Source: a virus (Duplodnaviria > Caudoviricetes). From it: DNA of 53,593 nucleotides. Numbering within the stretch: the stretch's first letter is position 1; every line of letters starts with the position of its first letter. The position numbers and the translations under genes are program-made. Below, one piece after another: positions 30,201 through 41,900 of the stretch. The DNA lies in IMG/VR virus record IMGVR_UViG_3300023108_000037, positions 1 through 53,593 of that record. One strand, written 5' to 3'. The notes beneath the pieces were generated by a model, which worked only from the letters and a program-made list of their open reading frames with translations, did not search any database and was not told where the DNA came from.

Positions 30201-31359
30201 ATTGGACTTCTTTAGTTGCTCTAGTTTTGTTTACATCAAGAATTGTAGTTCCATTCTTTTCTACATCATATCCTCTGACATACGCAACACCTGGTCCTAC
30301 TTTTAAACAGGCAAGATCGTCATTAGGAATGCTTCCCTGAGATGTAGCTTGGTTAGAGAAGTAAAGTCCGTCATTGCCAAGTCTATCATTCAAAGAATTA
30401 AAAAGACCAATCTCAAAATCTTCTACAGAGTAATCTCCAGATTCATCATAAGTTCTCTTAGCGAGATAGTCACGAATCTGACTGTATTGAGTGCTCTTAA
30501 TAATTTTTCTGATTTGACCGTTCTCAACCCTGAGAAGTTCAATGAAGTTTACATCGACTGTATCGGTGATGCTCTTCTTACCAAGAACGAGTTCAATCTT
30601 TAATCTATCAGCACCTGGTGCAGTATAGTTAGAGAACCCTTTAGCATTATCATACAGAGTTCCATCTTCTTTTGCTGTAGCGATGGTTTCTGCAATAATC
30701 AAACCAACCCTAAGAGATGGTTGATTTGTATATTGATCAAGAAGAATGGTCTGCTTTGTTACTCTGACAAAAGTTCCTCTAAGGAACATGATGCCTTCAC
30801 CAATGTGAGCGGCAGAACCAATGGATGTTGCATTTTCAGAGATACAGGTAGCAAATGTATTACCTGCAGGAATAGTTGTATTACCGTAGTCTACTGCCTC
30901 TAAAGTCTCTAAATTTTCTCCATCAGTAAAAGAGGCTTTTGCATCATTTGAGTTACCAGAGTCAATATATTTAACGTATAGAGTTACATTATTTCTTTCA
31001 GAAAGTGTCTCTGCAAGAACATATTGAACTTGGGCAGTGACATTAGATTCCTGACCAACAATTCTTTTACCGACGAAATTATCAATGTAAACACTTACGT
31101 CTGTACCTAAGTGTGTTGCATTGATTTCTACAGCATAAAATTGGTCATCATATGTTACGTTTCCAGGGATGACAATAGATCCCTCTTTAAAAATATGACT
31201 GCCGAACTGTTCAATCTGATTCTGAAGAATCGATTGTAGAGTTGTCAGTTCTCTTGCCTGAATTGGGAATCCAGGTTTGAACAGCACACGATGATAATCC
31301 TTAGCAGGATCAAAATCATCATAGTAAGGATTGACATTGAGATTTGTCTGCTGTGGCAT
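24295..31359 (-). CDS. VrlC-like (DUF4815-type) large baseplate/tail structural protein
   Basis: 2354 aa; NLNVNPYYDDF, VLFKPG.P.QARELT.LQS.LQNQ, RTYDESGDY, RFKSGFFVDNF, DPLAQSF motifs. Confidence 0.92.
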   Translation of the reverse strand: MPQQTNLNVNPYYDDFDPAKDYHRVLFKPGFPIQARELTTLQSILQNQIEQFGSHIFKEGSIVIPGNVTYDDQFYAVEINATHLGTDVSVYIDNFVGKRIVGQESNVTAQVQYVLAETLSERNNVTLYVKYIDSGNSNDAKASFTDGENLETLEAVDYGNTTIPAGNTFATCISENATSIGSAAHIGEGIMFLRGTFVRVTKQTILLDQYTNQPSLRVGLIIAETIATAKEDGTLYDNAKGFSNYTAPGADRLKIELVLGKKSITDTVDVNFIELLRVENGQIRKIIKSTQYSQIRDYLAKRTYDESGDYSVEDFEIGLFNSLNDRLGNDGLYFSNQATSQGSIPNDDLACLKVGPGVAYVRGYDVEKNGTTILDVNKTRATKEVQSSAVDFEMGNLLKLNNVTGIPKFKDAVQLYDERRDNGGGSNGTQIGEARVYTVKPESQVSIARTETTIYDCYLYDVQTYTRIQLNNTLSAGELPDTSFIRGLSSGATGYATTVGSGSSNVFLRQTAGSFIQGESISINGISTTPRTVNNVKSYGSGDIRMVFQDSSALAGYTTDFTADTVLDFTVPNGFTVADTITINNAGVTTSAGNDFTNFKVGDIIRYQRPGFSTATFNRVSSITADGLIMNLQAVHTVNNVNDGALPTSTTTVQFRRGRSSIRNEEEGFLYAQLDDGNIATVDFTGSTLKATVEATGKTTNAAGVLTLSATDITGLTDILFEAFDEERYSVIYSDGDVEPLRDDQVSISSNVVTINGLRASQSNVNVIATVRKTAVQNKQKVYNRVRTLEVTRSKYSNSGTDANSSINDGLEKSTFYGLRVQDKEICLNYPDVANIFAVFQAIDETGVTLDTLNFFTNPDINDSVILGENLIGSSSGAIAKVVTKGANQITFVYLTESKFTTQENVLFRESNVIGKIQSIVSGRYTDVTNRFSLDKGQKSQYYDYARLVRNDGYSEPTRRLFVVFDHYTVPSNDEGDIFTVDSYDAERFSEDVPLIGNQQQRASDTLDFRPRVAIFDPSSASASPFDFKSRVFTDQPKIILSANESSVIGYKFYAPRIDRLYVDTLGKFVYVEGVPDRNPKAPDKISEAMLLATLELPAYLYNLDNVSITMEDNRRYTMRDIGKLEDRIESLEEITSLNLLELETQSLQVQDATGLNRFKSGFFVDNFRNANFIDPRSVMLPQDNELKPFLDAISLDALVSSSVNIPDNEIDLGVDFDLLDPNVTKTGRMITLNYDEVEYLSQPHATKVENVNPFNVVLYNGSVDLTPKSDFWVRNLWRAARISWIPNPGRAGSSSGGVRVVSNRPDQFMRSRNVAFDSVGNKPYGRYYQFLDGNGGVDVVPKLVEVEGVTGVFQVGETVVGSVDGVDIIRFRLARPDHKSGAFATPTVAYTINPYDNTTTLPTQYSLASTVLNVDIVALAAQAQGAFSGRLEVGARLRGLSSGAQADVSDIKLIADNGGDLQGTFFLRNPLTNPPPAVRITTGTKEYKLTTSATNAEPLPGSKLISTAVTNYTANGRVIVRQRVQTIFYDPLAQSFLVEDEGAFITSVDVFFANKDGGNIPCEVQLRTMELGTPTTTLVSPAARVLVKPGDITTSSDASVATNIKFPSPIYLEPNREFAVVLLADTDQYEVWVAEMGQKTVNASDLPAATGVVYATQYSMGSLFLSQNGSIWTANQYEDMTFKLYRANFTTNAGTAFFYNPKLDTSNAGTRILSEDPIETYPRKLTVGIETYANGQAGITTLAIGRKVTTSAKGYTFGFVEQQGGPLSPTNGVGVFTGGSGYGTPDATVDTFNINSNGTGLQLNVTVGMGISNVTAVSVASSGTGYVVGDTVGLVTSQMGGFGDGAVINIDNLWGIDTLYLTNVQGEDMQVGAALSYYDGSGNIKGASSTTLLSVDVTSSSLTTGDVNDGSWFHVDHYNHGMYADNNKVTLSKIEPNTAINVLSAPLGVDDAVISLGNTSGLLTYEGIAVGAANTGYLVLNEEIIAYDSIGVGTVGVLQRGVDNTLTIAHQTNDQARKYELNGVGLRRINKTHDMGSVDRTIDGYYIQIDRSNRDTDDNTNQEPQLSFTTNALVGGRIAEATQNIQFNYIAPQFDVVTPGEGTSVSARVRTVSGTSINGTEVSFLDQGFESVGINTINELETPRLIASKVNEDARTTDLPRSKSLTFGVELQTTDSYVSPYINLDQASLQLLSSRIDNPGMNYATDPRVNSDDADPHSAIYVSQRIDLQQPASSLKVLLTAVRPSEADFRVLYKLVRADSSEIDQTYELFPGYENLIDTDGDGFGDQVQNIAANTGHPDAIVPPSLTPNDYLEYQFTADNLEQFTGYVIKIVCTTTNQSKVPMFRDIRTLALA

Positions 31360-31363
31360 TTTA

Positions 31364-32947
31364 TTAGAACTCTAATACGATTTTAACATCTTCCTTCTGT
31401 CTCTCATTCCTGGTAACAGAAGGTCTATTGTCAAGGTAGATGACTTCACCTTTCCTTTTATTTATTTCTGGACTTGCAAGACCATCTGTGAAGTTTACAC
31501 CAAGATTGACAACCTTTCCGTTGTTAAGTGTGGTTGTAATTCCACTGAAGTTTTGGTCCACATTCACACTAAAAGAACCACCGCTCTTTGTAATTGCGTT
31601 AGAACTTGAGGTAAACTCAAGTACGGGTGCTCTAGATCTTACATCGGTTGCATCAGTTTCATCACCAGTAGAAGCATTGTAATACAGACTTCTGTCTTGA
31701 TAATATCTAATAATTTTGGTTTCAGTGTCGTAAGAAGCAACGATTCCTTTAGCCGTAGATCCTACACCAACAGTCTGCTCAATAGTATCACCAATTGCCA
31801 AATCTTGAGCAGCACTCTGAGTCTCATATTTAATAGAGAACAATGCAGAGAATTGATTATCAGTAAAGATTGTATTGGAATTTAAAATGGTTGGATTCTT
31901 TACAATACCCACTTGTGCAAAGATTGTATCATCGGAAAAATCATAAGATGAATTATCAAATCTTGCATACATCAGAACTTTGTCCGCACCAAGTTCTTTG
32001 TAAACATTGAATCCATGTCCTCTAGATGGAGGAATAATTGCTGTTAATTTAGCAAATGCAGATGTCGCTGTTTGAACACCAGCATTTTCACTAGAAAGAT
32101 CAACTCTTCCAAAAGAATATCCACTACCACCCGAAGTTACTTGAGTCTCAATAATTTGACCAAGAGAATTTGTGGTTAGTCTTACTCTACCACCTTCACC
32201 ATCACCAAGAATTGGAAATTCTTTAGCAGTAAACTGAGGATATCCAAGACCTGGTTCGTCAATAGCAACAATTTTTATTTGGTTATTATTGACTTCAGAA
32301 TCAGCATTATCTCTGACAGCCTGAATTCCAGTATTAGTTGTAGTCAACCAATCATTGGGAACAGTAATATACTCAGTAGAGTCAAACTTAACAATGTCAC
32401 TGGGGTTAATAGTGTAGAGATATTTCCACAAATATCCATCACCACTAGTTCCTGCTCTACTAGGTTCAACATCAGTAAATGTTGGCTCGTCCAAAGAAGC
32501 AGATGGTGTAGTGGAAATGCCAGTGGCAGTTCCATTATCTAAGCAAATATAAACACGGAACTCACTATTTACAACATAATAGTTGGAATCATATAATCTG
32601 TTCGAGTTTGTTACCTGAGCTGCATTACTGCCACTGTAATCATGCCTATAATAGTCATAGGTAGAACCCTGAACCCAATTCACCTTTCTAATTAACCTTC
32701 TTGTGTTAGAAGAAGTGACACGCTTGCCAAAAAGCATGGTGTCATACACATGATTGGAATAGTTTATATTATCGGTGGGAAATGGTGGTCCACCAAGATC
32801 ATTCCAAGTCGATGTTCTACCATATCCAGATCCAGTAGGATTGGATAAACTCATAAAAGCATAATAAGAGTTAGCTGTATTTGCGACAGATGCCACAAAG
32901 TTCTCAGCATTCAAAATCCTAAATTGATCTGTAATAATCGCAGACAT
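31364..32947 (-). CDS. gp8: Baseplate wedge subunit gp8
   Basis: 527 aa; AIITDQFRI.NA, YVVNSEFRVYICL.N, DGYLWKYLY, Y.DNR....R...QKED.KI..EF motifs. Confidence 0.95.
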   Translation of the reverse strand: MSAIITDQFRILNAENFVASVANTANSYYAFMSLSNPTGSGYGRTSTWNDLGGPPFPTDNINYSNHVYDTMLFGKRVTSSNTRRLIRKVNWVQGSTYDYYRHDYSGSNAAQVTNSNRLYDSNYYVVNSEFRVYICLDNGTATGISTTPSASLDEPTFTDVEPSRAGTSGDGYLWKYLYTINPSDIVKFDSTEYITVPNDWLTTTNTGIQAVRDNADSEVNNNQIKIVAIDEPGLGYPQFTAKEFPILGDGEGGRVRLTTNSLGQIIETQVTSGGSGYSFGRVDLSSENAGVQTATSAFAKLTAIIPPSRGHGFNVYKELGADKVLMYARFDNSSYDFSDDTIFAQVGIVKNPTILNSNTIFTDNQFSALFSIKYETQSAAQDLAIGDTIEQTVGVGSTAKGIVASYDTETKIIRYYQDRSLYYNASTGDETDATDVRSRAPVLEFTSSSNAITKSGGSFSVNVDQNFSGITTTLNNGKVVNLGVNFTDGLASPEINKRKGEVIYLDNRPSVTRNERQKEDVKIVLEF

Positions 32948-32968
32948 TATTAGCCTTTGTTTTTTCTG

Positions 32969-32976
32969 TATTTATA
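32969..32976 (-). promoter_or_regulatory. Late promoter TATAAATA for gp8
   Basis: Perfect T4 late consensus 22 nt upstream of the ATG. Confidence 0.8.
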
Positions 32977-32985
32977 AGTTGAATT

Positions 32986-35900
32986 TTACTTTCGACTCAG
33001 AGCACCAGTCGATCTTAGTCCAGCGTCTCTTCTTTGGATAGTTGGATAAGTTGTCATTCCAACCTCAAAGCTGTTTCCATCAACAGCAATTTCAATAGGA
33101 TCATCCGATCTAGTTATGTTGGAAATTCTACCCCAAACAATTTTACCTGCTGGTTCTAGATAAGTACCAGTGGTTGCAACACCAACCGTATTGGTGTCTG
33201 GATCAACCTGACAGGTAAGAATTCCAACTGTTCCAGAGAACTGAGTATAATATGCTTCATAGATGTTATCCAACTTATCGGTAGAAATTCCGATAATGTT
33301 AGTTGTACCGATTCCAACTGAAGTTGCAGATCCAACAAGTGTTGTAAGACCAGTTCCAACACCAGTGTCAAATACCAGAACTCTATATCCCTGAACTAAT
33401 TGCTGTCTCTCGGCAAGAGTTGGAACATCACGGAGGTCCAATTCAAAGGTGAGTCCAAGACCAGCTGGTGGAATACTAAAGTGGTATTGTGATCCAACTC
33501 CAGAAAGGTTGAGAACGTAGGCTCTCTCACCATCTGGTTTGGCAGTCATGGAAACTGTTGCTCCTGCACCAACACTCAATGTGGACGTGGTGGCAACCCC
33601 TACTGTGGTTACATCATAAGGTGTGGACAAATCATATTCAATAATTTTCTCAGAATCACCACCAAGAACAATCATCTTATCGCCAGCAACACTCATGACA
33701 AAATCAGTTGTTGCAGCATCGTCATCTGTCAATGCTTGACTACTAGCAAAAGAAACACTAGTGATGTCAAAAGCACTAGCCATGTCATACTTATAAAGTG
33801 CTGAAGAATTAGGAGAAATCGTAATAATTGCAGATCCAGTATCAACAACCTGCAGACCTCTGTGGTTTTGGGTTTGGTTAGCAATGGTGGTTGAAGTTTC
33901 AACACCAGCTTGTGTATCACTAGTCAAGTCCCAAGCTGAGGAAAGACTAAACTCATTAAACTGTGTGACAAATGGTGCTTGAGCACCACGACCCAGAGTA
34001 AAGAGTTTTGTTCCATCATCACGGAAATAGAGGTCATAAATGTTTTGGACTTGAGTGCTGATTCCAAGTTGGTTGCTGTTATTTACAGTTGCCGTATCAA
34101 TCTCAAAAGGAGTGGCAAGTTGCCATTCTGTAATTGTCAAAGTATTTTGATCAGCGACATACATTCTAGTTCCATCAGGTTTCAGGAAGATTGCCTGAAG
34201 ATCATTCTTAGAACCATCAACAAGACTTATACCTTTTCTGTAGATGAGTTTTTCAGCATCAAATGGATAGAACTCCTCCAATCTTGCATATGCGGTAGTA
34301 ATACCAGTTACGACACCAGCATATCCAGTGACATTAGTGTCAAGAATACCAGAGACCCTTTCTGTATCAACTGTAGTTGTAGATCCAATTCCAGAAGTAG
34401 GAATTCCTGCAACGAGTAGTCCACCAAAATTACTATCTGGATCACCAGATGGATCAACACCTAGGAACAGGGAAGTATCCTCAACAAAGAAAGTAGTGGT
34501 ATCTCTCTCAACACTCTTAAGGAGTTTTGCTGTTGGGTAAATTTGTGCCTCAATTGAATCTCTCGCTTTAGATACAAATTCTCCACCTAGAACTTTATCG
34601 ACCTTTTGCTTAGTCCAAGCAAGAAGTTTTGGTTCTGTGGTGCTTACACCGTCACCACGATACAGTGAAGTTTCTATTTCACTTGCAGAAGTAATACCAA
34701 CAATCGCACGATTGGTCTCTTGAGATAGATTGTCGAAGGTGCGTGAAATTTCATTCAATTCAATGCGTGGAGATCTTCTCAGTTGAACATCATCACCAGG
34801 TTTGACTGTTTCAGTAGTTGCCTGAAGGAAACTATCTACACCTACCTTTCCTCTATAGAAGAAGATAGAAACGTTATCTTCTGGTGCTGGAGGTTCAACA
34901 AAAGTAATTGAAGTGCCACCTTCAAAATCATATGCCTCACCTGGTTCTTGAATGATACCGTTGATAAAGACAAGGAGCAGAGAATTAAGATCGATAAGAG
35001 CAGAATCTGCGTCTTGCTTGTCAACCTCAAAACTAATCAGTTGATCATTATACGCAAGTGGGAATCTAGATCTAGTTCCATCTTGGAATGGTTTTACGCT
35101 ATCGATATAATCCAATTCACCAAACTGCCATGATGAGAAAGCATCTTCAAAGGTATCAACGACTTCAATTTCAAATTCTTGGAAGTCATCTCCAGCAAGT
35201 GGATCGGTTGTCATACCAACAACTCTAACCCTATCACCTCTTCTGAATGAATATCCAGGTTTGGTAATTTCAAACTTCTGAACCTCAAACAGAGTTGCTC
35301 CAATTCCAGTTCTTACTACACCACCAGCACCAATATAATTGTATTTTACTTGAGTTGTGGCAGCACCGATATTAATGGTGAAGTTGCCATCATCAATTAC
35401 TGATAGAACAATATAGTTACTAGTAGAATATCCAGGGAAGAAGTCACCAGCATCTCCAACTGGAGCGTATGGTTCAAACTCCACATTACTTACTTTAATA
35501 ACATCACCTGTGGTGAATCCATGTCCAGCAACGCTGACTGTGGAAAGACCAAGAATTTCATCATAAACAAAGTTAGTGATTGGTTTTGAATTGTAGACTG
35601 TGTTAATACCCAGAACACCAATAGTAACTGACATTCCAATACCAGTGATGGTTGTTGCTCCTGTAGCAAGTCTGGAAACACCCTCAATCACCAGGTTATC
35701 GTAACTTGGTTCTTGGATATTGATAGTTGGATTGGTGTATCCACTACCAGCAGCAACAATGTTGAACGCCAAAGTGCCACCAGCACCTACAGTAGCAGTG
35801 ATCTCTGCAGGAGTTCCAGTATGTCCAGATTCAGTAACTGCGATGGCTGGTGCAGTGACTGTAGAGTATCCACTACCAAAGTCAGCAATTGTCCATTTAG

Positions 35901-38900
35901 CAAATGTACCACCAGACTGATATGTGTGAGCAAATGTCACAACACCTACTTGAGTTTCAAACTTATTGCTGGACAAAATACGATTCGCATAGTATGGACC
36001 ATATGGTTTTACTTCGTATGCGTCACCAGCAGTCGCTCCAGCTCCAGCATAAACGTGGGTGATAGTCGAAACACCAACGTCAATGACAAAAGTATTAGTT
36101 CCACCAATACCAAGAATGGGATATCTATTGGTGTTGACACCGACTGCTTTTCTTCCCGAACTTCCGTCTGGGAAGATGGAGTTAGTAATTCCCGTATGGG
36201 GAGTAGAGCAAGCCATTCCAATATTGGCAAGATCAACTAATCTACCAACTCTAAAGTTGTGAGCAGATGTCAGTCCAACTGTTGCAATACCAGTTAAATT
36301 GTCATAATCAAAAGAACTAATCTTAAAGTTTACACCGATTTCACTTGGGAATTGATAGACGTTAGTAAATGGACCATCAGCAGGACATGCAAATGTCAAG
36401 GACTTTAATTCAATCTTATCACCAGTATTAAGTTCGTGATCAGATGAAGTTGTTACTGTCAGAATACCAGTTGCATTATCATATTCAGCATCTGAAATTG
36501 CCGAAAATACTCCAGTTGTTGGTACACCAGCGATATTAGTAATTTGACCAAGAGTGACTGTTGGTTCAGCAACTGCCTTTCTAAGAGGTGCATACCCAAG
36601 TCCATTTGTAGATCCAAACGAAATGGGAACACCACCTCTTGGTAATTGATTCAAATTAATATCAGAAGGATCAACAATTTGATCACCACCTACAGATGTG
36701 ATTCCAGTGAAAATTACGCTACTGATACCACTGACTTCAGTAATTGCAAAATTATTTTCTGTATTATTTGGAGTAGATGGTGCTTGGAATACCCCATTAA
36801 TGAATACTAAACCATTACCACCAGTACTACCAATTCCAGTTACGTTGTTTCCATCTGAAGTCAACGTAAAGTCAGCAGTTACACCATCAAACTTATCGGA
36901 AATATCATCAAAGATGAGGTTAGTTCCATAATCTTTTCTGAGATAAACTCTACCATTAAAATTAGATCTTGGAATGGTTAATCCTCTACTGTCAAGATCC
37001 TCTCTACCAGCCCCCATTGGTGCTTCTGTGAAGTGGATCTTACTATCGACGATATCAAATGCACCTCTGAATACAGAGACCGCACCAAATTGACTGTGAG
37101 CAGTTACAGAAGATCCAACAAATCCACGTTCTACTTGAACGATTGGTAATGTTCCAATGGCACCGACACCTGCAGCAATTGTTGTTCCCAATCCAACGAC
37201 GGAAACTTTCATCAGTTCATTATCTACTTTAAGCAAGTCAGCGGGTCTGATTGAAGAAATACCACTTAATTGAATGATCGTTGTTCCAGCACCAACGTCA
37301 TGCATAATTTGCTCTGAAAGTGGAGTCTTAGACAGAGGGGATTGAACAATACCATCCAATGTTATGAGTGCCTTCTCTGCTCTCTTCTGCATGGCAAAGA
37401 CATGCTTGTTTCCAGCACCAAGTGCTGCAAATGTAACAGCAGTTCCAGAGAGTGCGTTAGCACTGCTGATGGCAACTCTAAACTGAGCCTGGTTGTCTCT
37501 GATAGCATAAACAGTGTCTGGTAATCTTTCGGTTGCACCAACACCAGTATAGTAAACCATACCTGTGCCAGCGACACCAATCAAATTAGAACCAGCAACG
37601 TAATCAAGAGGTTCTGCAGTTGAGAAGAAATGGTCTAAAGTAAAGATTCCAGTTGTAGTGCTAACAACACCAGCTTGTGTTGGGTTGAATGTTTTTGCAA
37701 AAATGTCAACACCATTAAACTTAGCATCAAATTCTAAAATTTCTCTTTGGTTAATACCATAGTAAACAGATTGAGATACGTTCTGATTTACGTTACCGTA
37801 TATCAAATCACCAATACCAGTAGCATCACCATTGTTGTCAAGATCTCTATTCAAGATCTCACTGAAAGATTGTACCAGAATATCTCCAGAGTAATCTGGA
37901 TGGAATTTCAGATCAACACCATCATTAGAATAATCAGCAGAGAATGTACCAATTCCATTATTATCATTGACAGAAAGGAATGGATAACTCAAAACATAGA
38001 GGTTCTTTCTATCCTTCTCATCGTTGAGAATATAAACCTGATGAATAGCTTGAGTGTCACCAATACTAACTCTAACAGTGGCTTTCATTCCACCATCAGT
38101 GATGCTGTTGATTCCCGTGATTACTGTTGGAGTTCCACCAGTAACTTCAGCAAAATCAGATTCGAATCTACCTGTTCTCTCTGTGCCATCTTCTGTTCCA
38201 GTAAACTTAAATCTATAAGTTCCAATTCCAGCAGCGGTTGTGCCGATACCAATTGTTTGAGTTCTTACTCTTACTTCATTAGATCCATTATTGTTGTAGA
38301 TCAAACTTACAACACCAGAATCAATAGAAGATGTAAATGATCCAATAAATGGACCAGAAAGACCATTCAAACCGACTCTGTTATTGAAAGCTGCCAGTTC
38401 TGACAGATAAGTATCGGTGCCATCATGTGTGAGAATGAGTTCTGTGTAATCTACATCCTGCTCAAATTCATCAAAGATCTCAACACTTGTGTAGAAGGTA
38501 TCTGTAACAGAAGTGCTAAATCCAAGAACTGTAGTGCCAACACCAGCACTTACATTTTGAGTCTTGGCGATAACATCAACAAATCCAATACTCTGAGATC
38601 CAAGTCCAGAGATATCATTATCAAAGAATGTTTGAAGAAGTTTTACTTCGTAATCGGTATTGAACTTCTCAACAGGAGTAAATCTCAAAGAATACTGGTT
38701 GGTATCCTCGTCAAAGAATCCATCCAGTTCACCAATAGAATCACCAAGACCAACCTTTTCAAATAAGAAAGTATCTTCATTATTGTTGATGAGGACAATT
38801 TCCTTAAGACTCATTTCAGCATCATTTGTGACATCAACAATTTGTGTTAAGAATTTGTTAGTTTTTCTTCCATCACCAAAAATAGCAACATCCTTGAACT

Positions 38901-41900
38901 CCAAAAGTTCATCCGCATCTTCGTTCAAGAATTGCGAACTGATGTCATCAATAGTAACTACTCTGTTTGATTTGTTTAGAATAAAATCAGTGATTGGAAC
39001 ATTCAGAAGTTCAATGGATTTTGATGTGTTTTCGGTTGCATCAACATCAAGAGCGAAATCAAAATCATTGATCGTATCTACTCTCTTAGCACCGTCATAG
39101 ATGTCTAATACAAGGAATGGATCTTCCTGTGCCGTGGTAAACGACAGACCTACATTGCCTTTAGGACTGATTTGAGTGTCAGCAAAATTACGATATCCAG
39201 CTGGATGAACATTATCATTTACGAAACTAATAATATCATTGAATGCCTTTTCACTCTGAATAGAATAAGACATTCTCTGATAATAGTCATTGTCACCAGT
39301 TACCTGATAGTCTTCACTTAGTTTTCCAATGTCATCGCTCCACCCCTTAATAAACTTAGATGTAGAATCAATTTCAAATCTACCAACCTTAGTAGAGATA
39401 TTTGAAATTGTGCATTTAGCACCACTAACAGCACCAGTCAAAGTATCACCACTCTGAATAGGTGTCGTTCCATTTATGTTGAGTTTTCCAGTCAGTGCGT
39501 TAAAACTACTTACGGTGAGGTTAGTAGATCCAATAACTTCTACACCATTTAAGAATAAAATTTCACCTGGTTCAAATAGTGAATTCTTCTTGATTACTTT
39601 GAATTCTGGAAGATCATCTTCCTTAACAACGTTGGAGAACAGTCCTGGGTTTGTCACTGCAATTCCAGTGTTTGTAGTAACAAAGCTACTCAAATCATAT
39701 GAAAGTTGATTTGGGTTTACACTGGCATTATAAGAAGAAACGGTGAAGTATTGATATCCATAATCGGAAGAATTATGTCCCTGACCATCAGTAGAAGCAA
39801 GACCAATACCTTCAACAAAAATCTTATCACCAGATCTGAATGGTGCTGTCGTAAATCCCAAAATAGGTGTGGAAATACTAAGAGTTACCTGATTATCTGT
39901 ACTGGAAGCGACACTAACAATAGAAATTCCATTATCGTTACCAACAGTAGCAGCACCATAAACAACATCGTCTTTAAGACCAACTGGATTTCTATCAATT
40001 CTTACACCAGCGGTTTCTTCACCATCAACAAGAGTCGTTGGACTTACTGCACTTCCAGATAATTCTGTCGAACCTTGGAAATCTGTAACCACATCTCCAG
40101 TAGATGAATCATAGAGAACCAATCCTGGTGGTGTCAGATAATTTTTACCACCACTCTCAACAATAATGGTATCAATGGTTTGGAAGTTAGTTACAGACAG
40201 TTCATTTGGAACATTAGCAGTTGGTGTTAATGTTTTATCTGAAGGATAAGAGAATCCAGGTGTGAGAAGTCTTACATCTTCAAGTTTTCCAATTGTTGAA
40301 GAATTAAGTCTCAATATAGAATCTACGCCCTCTGCAGAAGTAATACTGGAAATACTTGGTACAGTTTCATATTTAAGTCCACCAAAGACAAGTTTTACAT
40401 TGGCAATAGATCCAGTAGCCGTTGTAGATGTCGTGGTGTATTCAAGAGAATCAGACTCAGAAAGATTATAAGTTATTTTTTCAGGAACCTGAGTAAGGTT
40501 GACATTAAATGTGGTACTGGTAACACCCGTGACTTTGTAAGTCCCACTAAACTTACTATTAGAATATTTTAATTGATTATATGCGTTGACATCTTTATCA
40601 GATGTACTAATAAATCCACCTTTATCAAAATTATAATAAAGAATTGATGGGAAGTTTGTAGAGAATCCAATAGTGGCACCAGCACCAGCTGTACCATTGG
40701 TGCCAAATGTAGAAACTAAGAAGTTAGTAGTCTTTCCTGTCGATACCACAGGATTTTGATATTCATCATCATAGTAAACTTGCAAATTATATCCAGACAA
40801 AGTTGGATCTTCAAGATTAAATACGACATCATTATTTCTGAAAATCTCAATGGGTGGATTGACAAGAGACAGTGTTTGTGATGTTCCACCAACTGATGTA
40901 AGACTTACAAAAGTTGGAGGTGAAGAAATAGCGTCCAGTCTAGTCTCAGTTAGTCTGAAATTATCCTTATCAATGGCAAAGACATAGTAGCTACCAGTTG
41001 ATAGTCCACCAATTACTTCACTGGATTCATAGTATACTTTAACACCAGTAGTGTAATCGTGATCGGACAATGTAATAATATTTGTACTTGTGTTAACTCC
41101 AGCAGAACTAATAGCAACTGGATTTACAAGAATTTTTTCCTCAGCAATTTTGAAAACAACAGTTGAGGCAGCACCAACACCAGTGCTCAATCCAGATTTC
41201 ACTGACAGTTTAATAATATCATTATCAGCAAGACCATGAGTTTCACCAGTTGAGACTGTCGCTGTTATTTTCTTAACATCTGCAGTTATTTGCTCAAATC
41301 TAGATGCAAACTGGTAATCATACAGATTTGTGTAAGATACATCTCTAAAGAAAACTTGGTCTCCGTTCAAAACGGTTGCCAGACCAATCGTGTCTTTAGA
41401 GTTCTTGACGGCATAAACCAAGTCTGGCAAATAGAAGACAGTTCCTGTTGGGCTTGTTGATACACCAATTGATGTGGTTCCCAAACCAACAGAGAAAGTA
41501 ATTGGTTGGTTAGTTTGGAATGGATGGTTTTCTAAGAAGATATTCTGAGTTGGAATAGTTCTTGTTTCAATTCTATTATTAAATCTATAGGATCTAGATG
41601 TTGTAAATCCTGCGGTTATTCCAATACCAACAGCTTCAAATGGATTAAAGTTAACAGTATCTTGTTCTTTAGATTCGAAATATGGTGTCTCTACCGAAAT
41701 ATGAAATCGTTGTGGTGGGTATGTAACTGTCTCACCAGCGGTATGTCCTACACCACCACTTGCGGTTTCAGATGGAAATCTTTGAACTCGGATAATACCG
41801 TCACCAGAAAAAACATTCAGAATACCAAAAGTTTCATTTGAAAGTTTAACAGAACTTCCAACGGAAATAGGAACATTCGTAACAGTAATATCGGTTGTCA

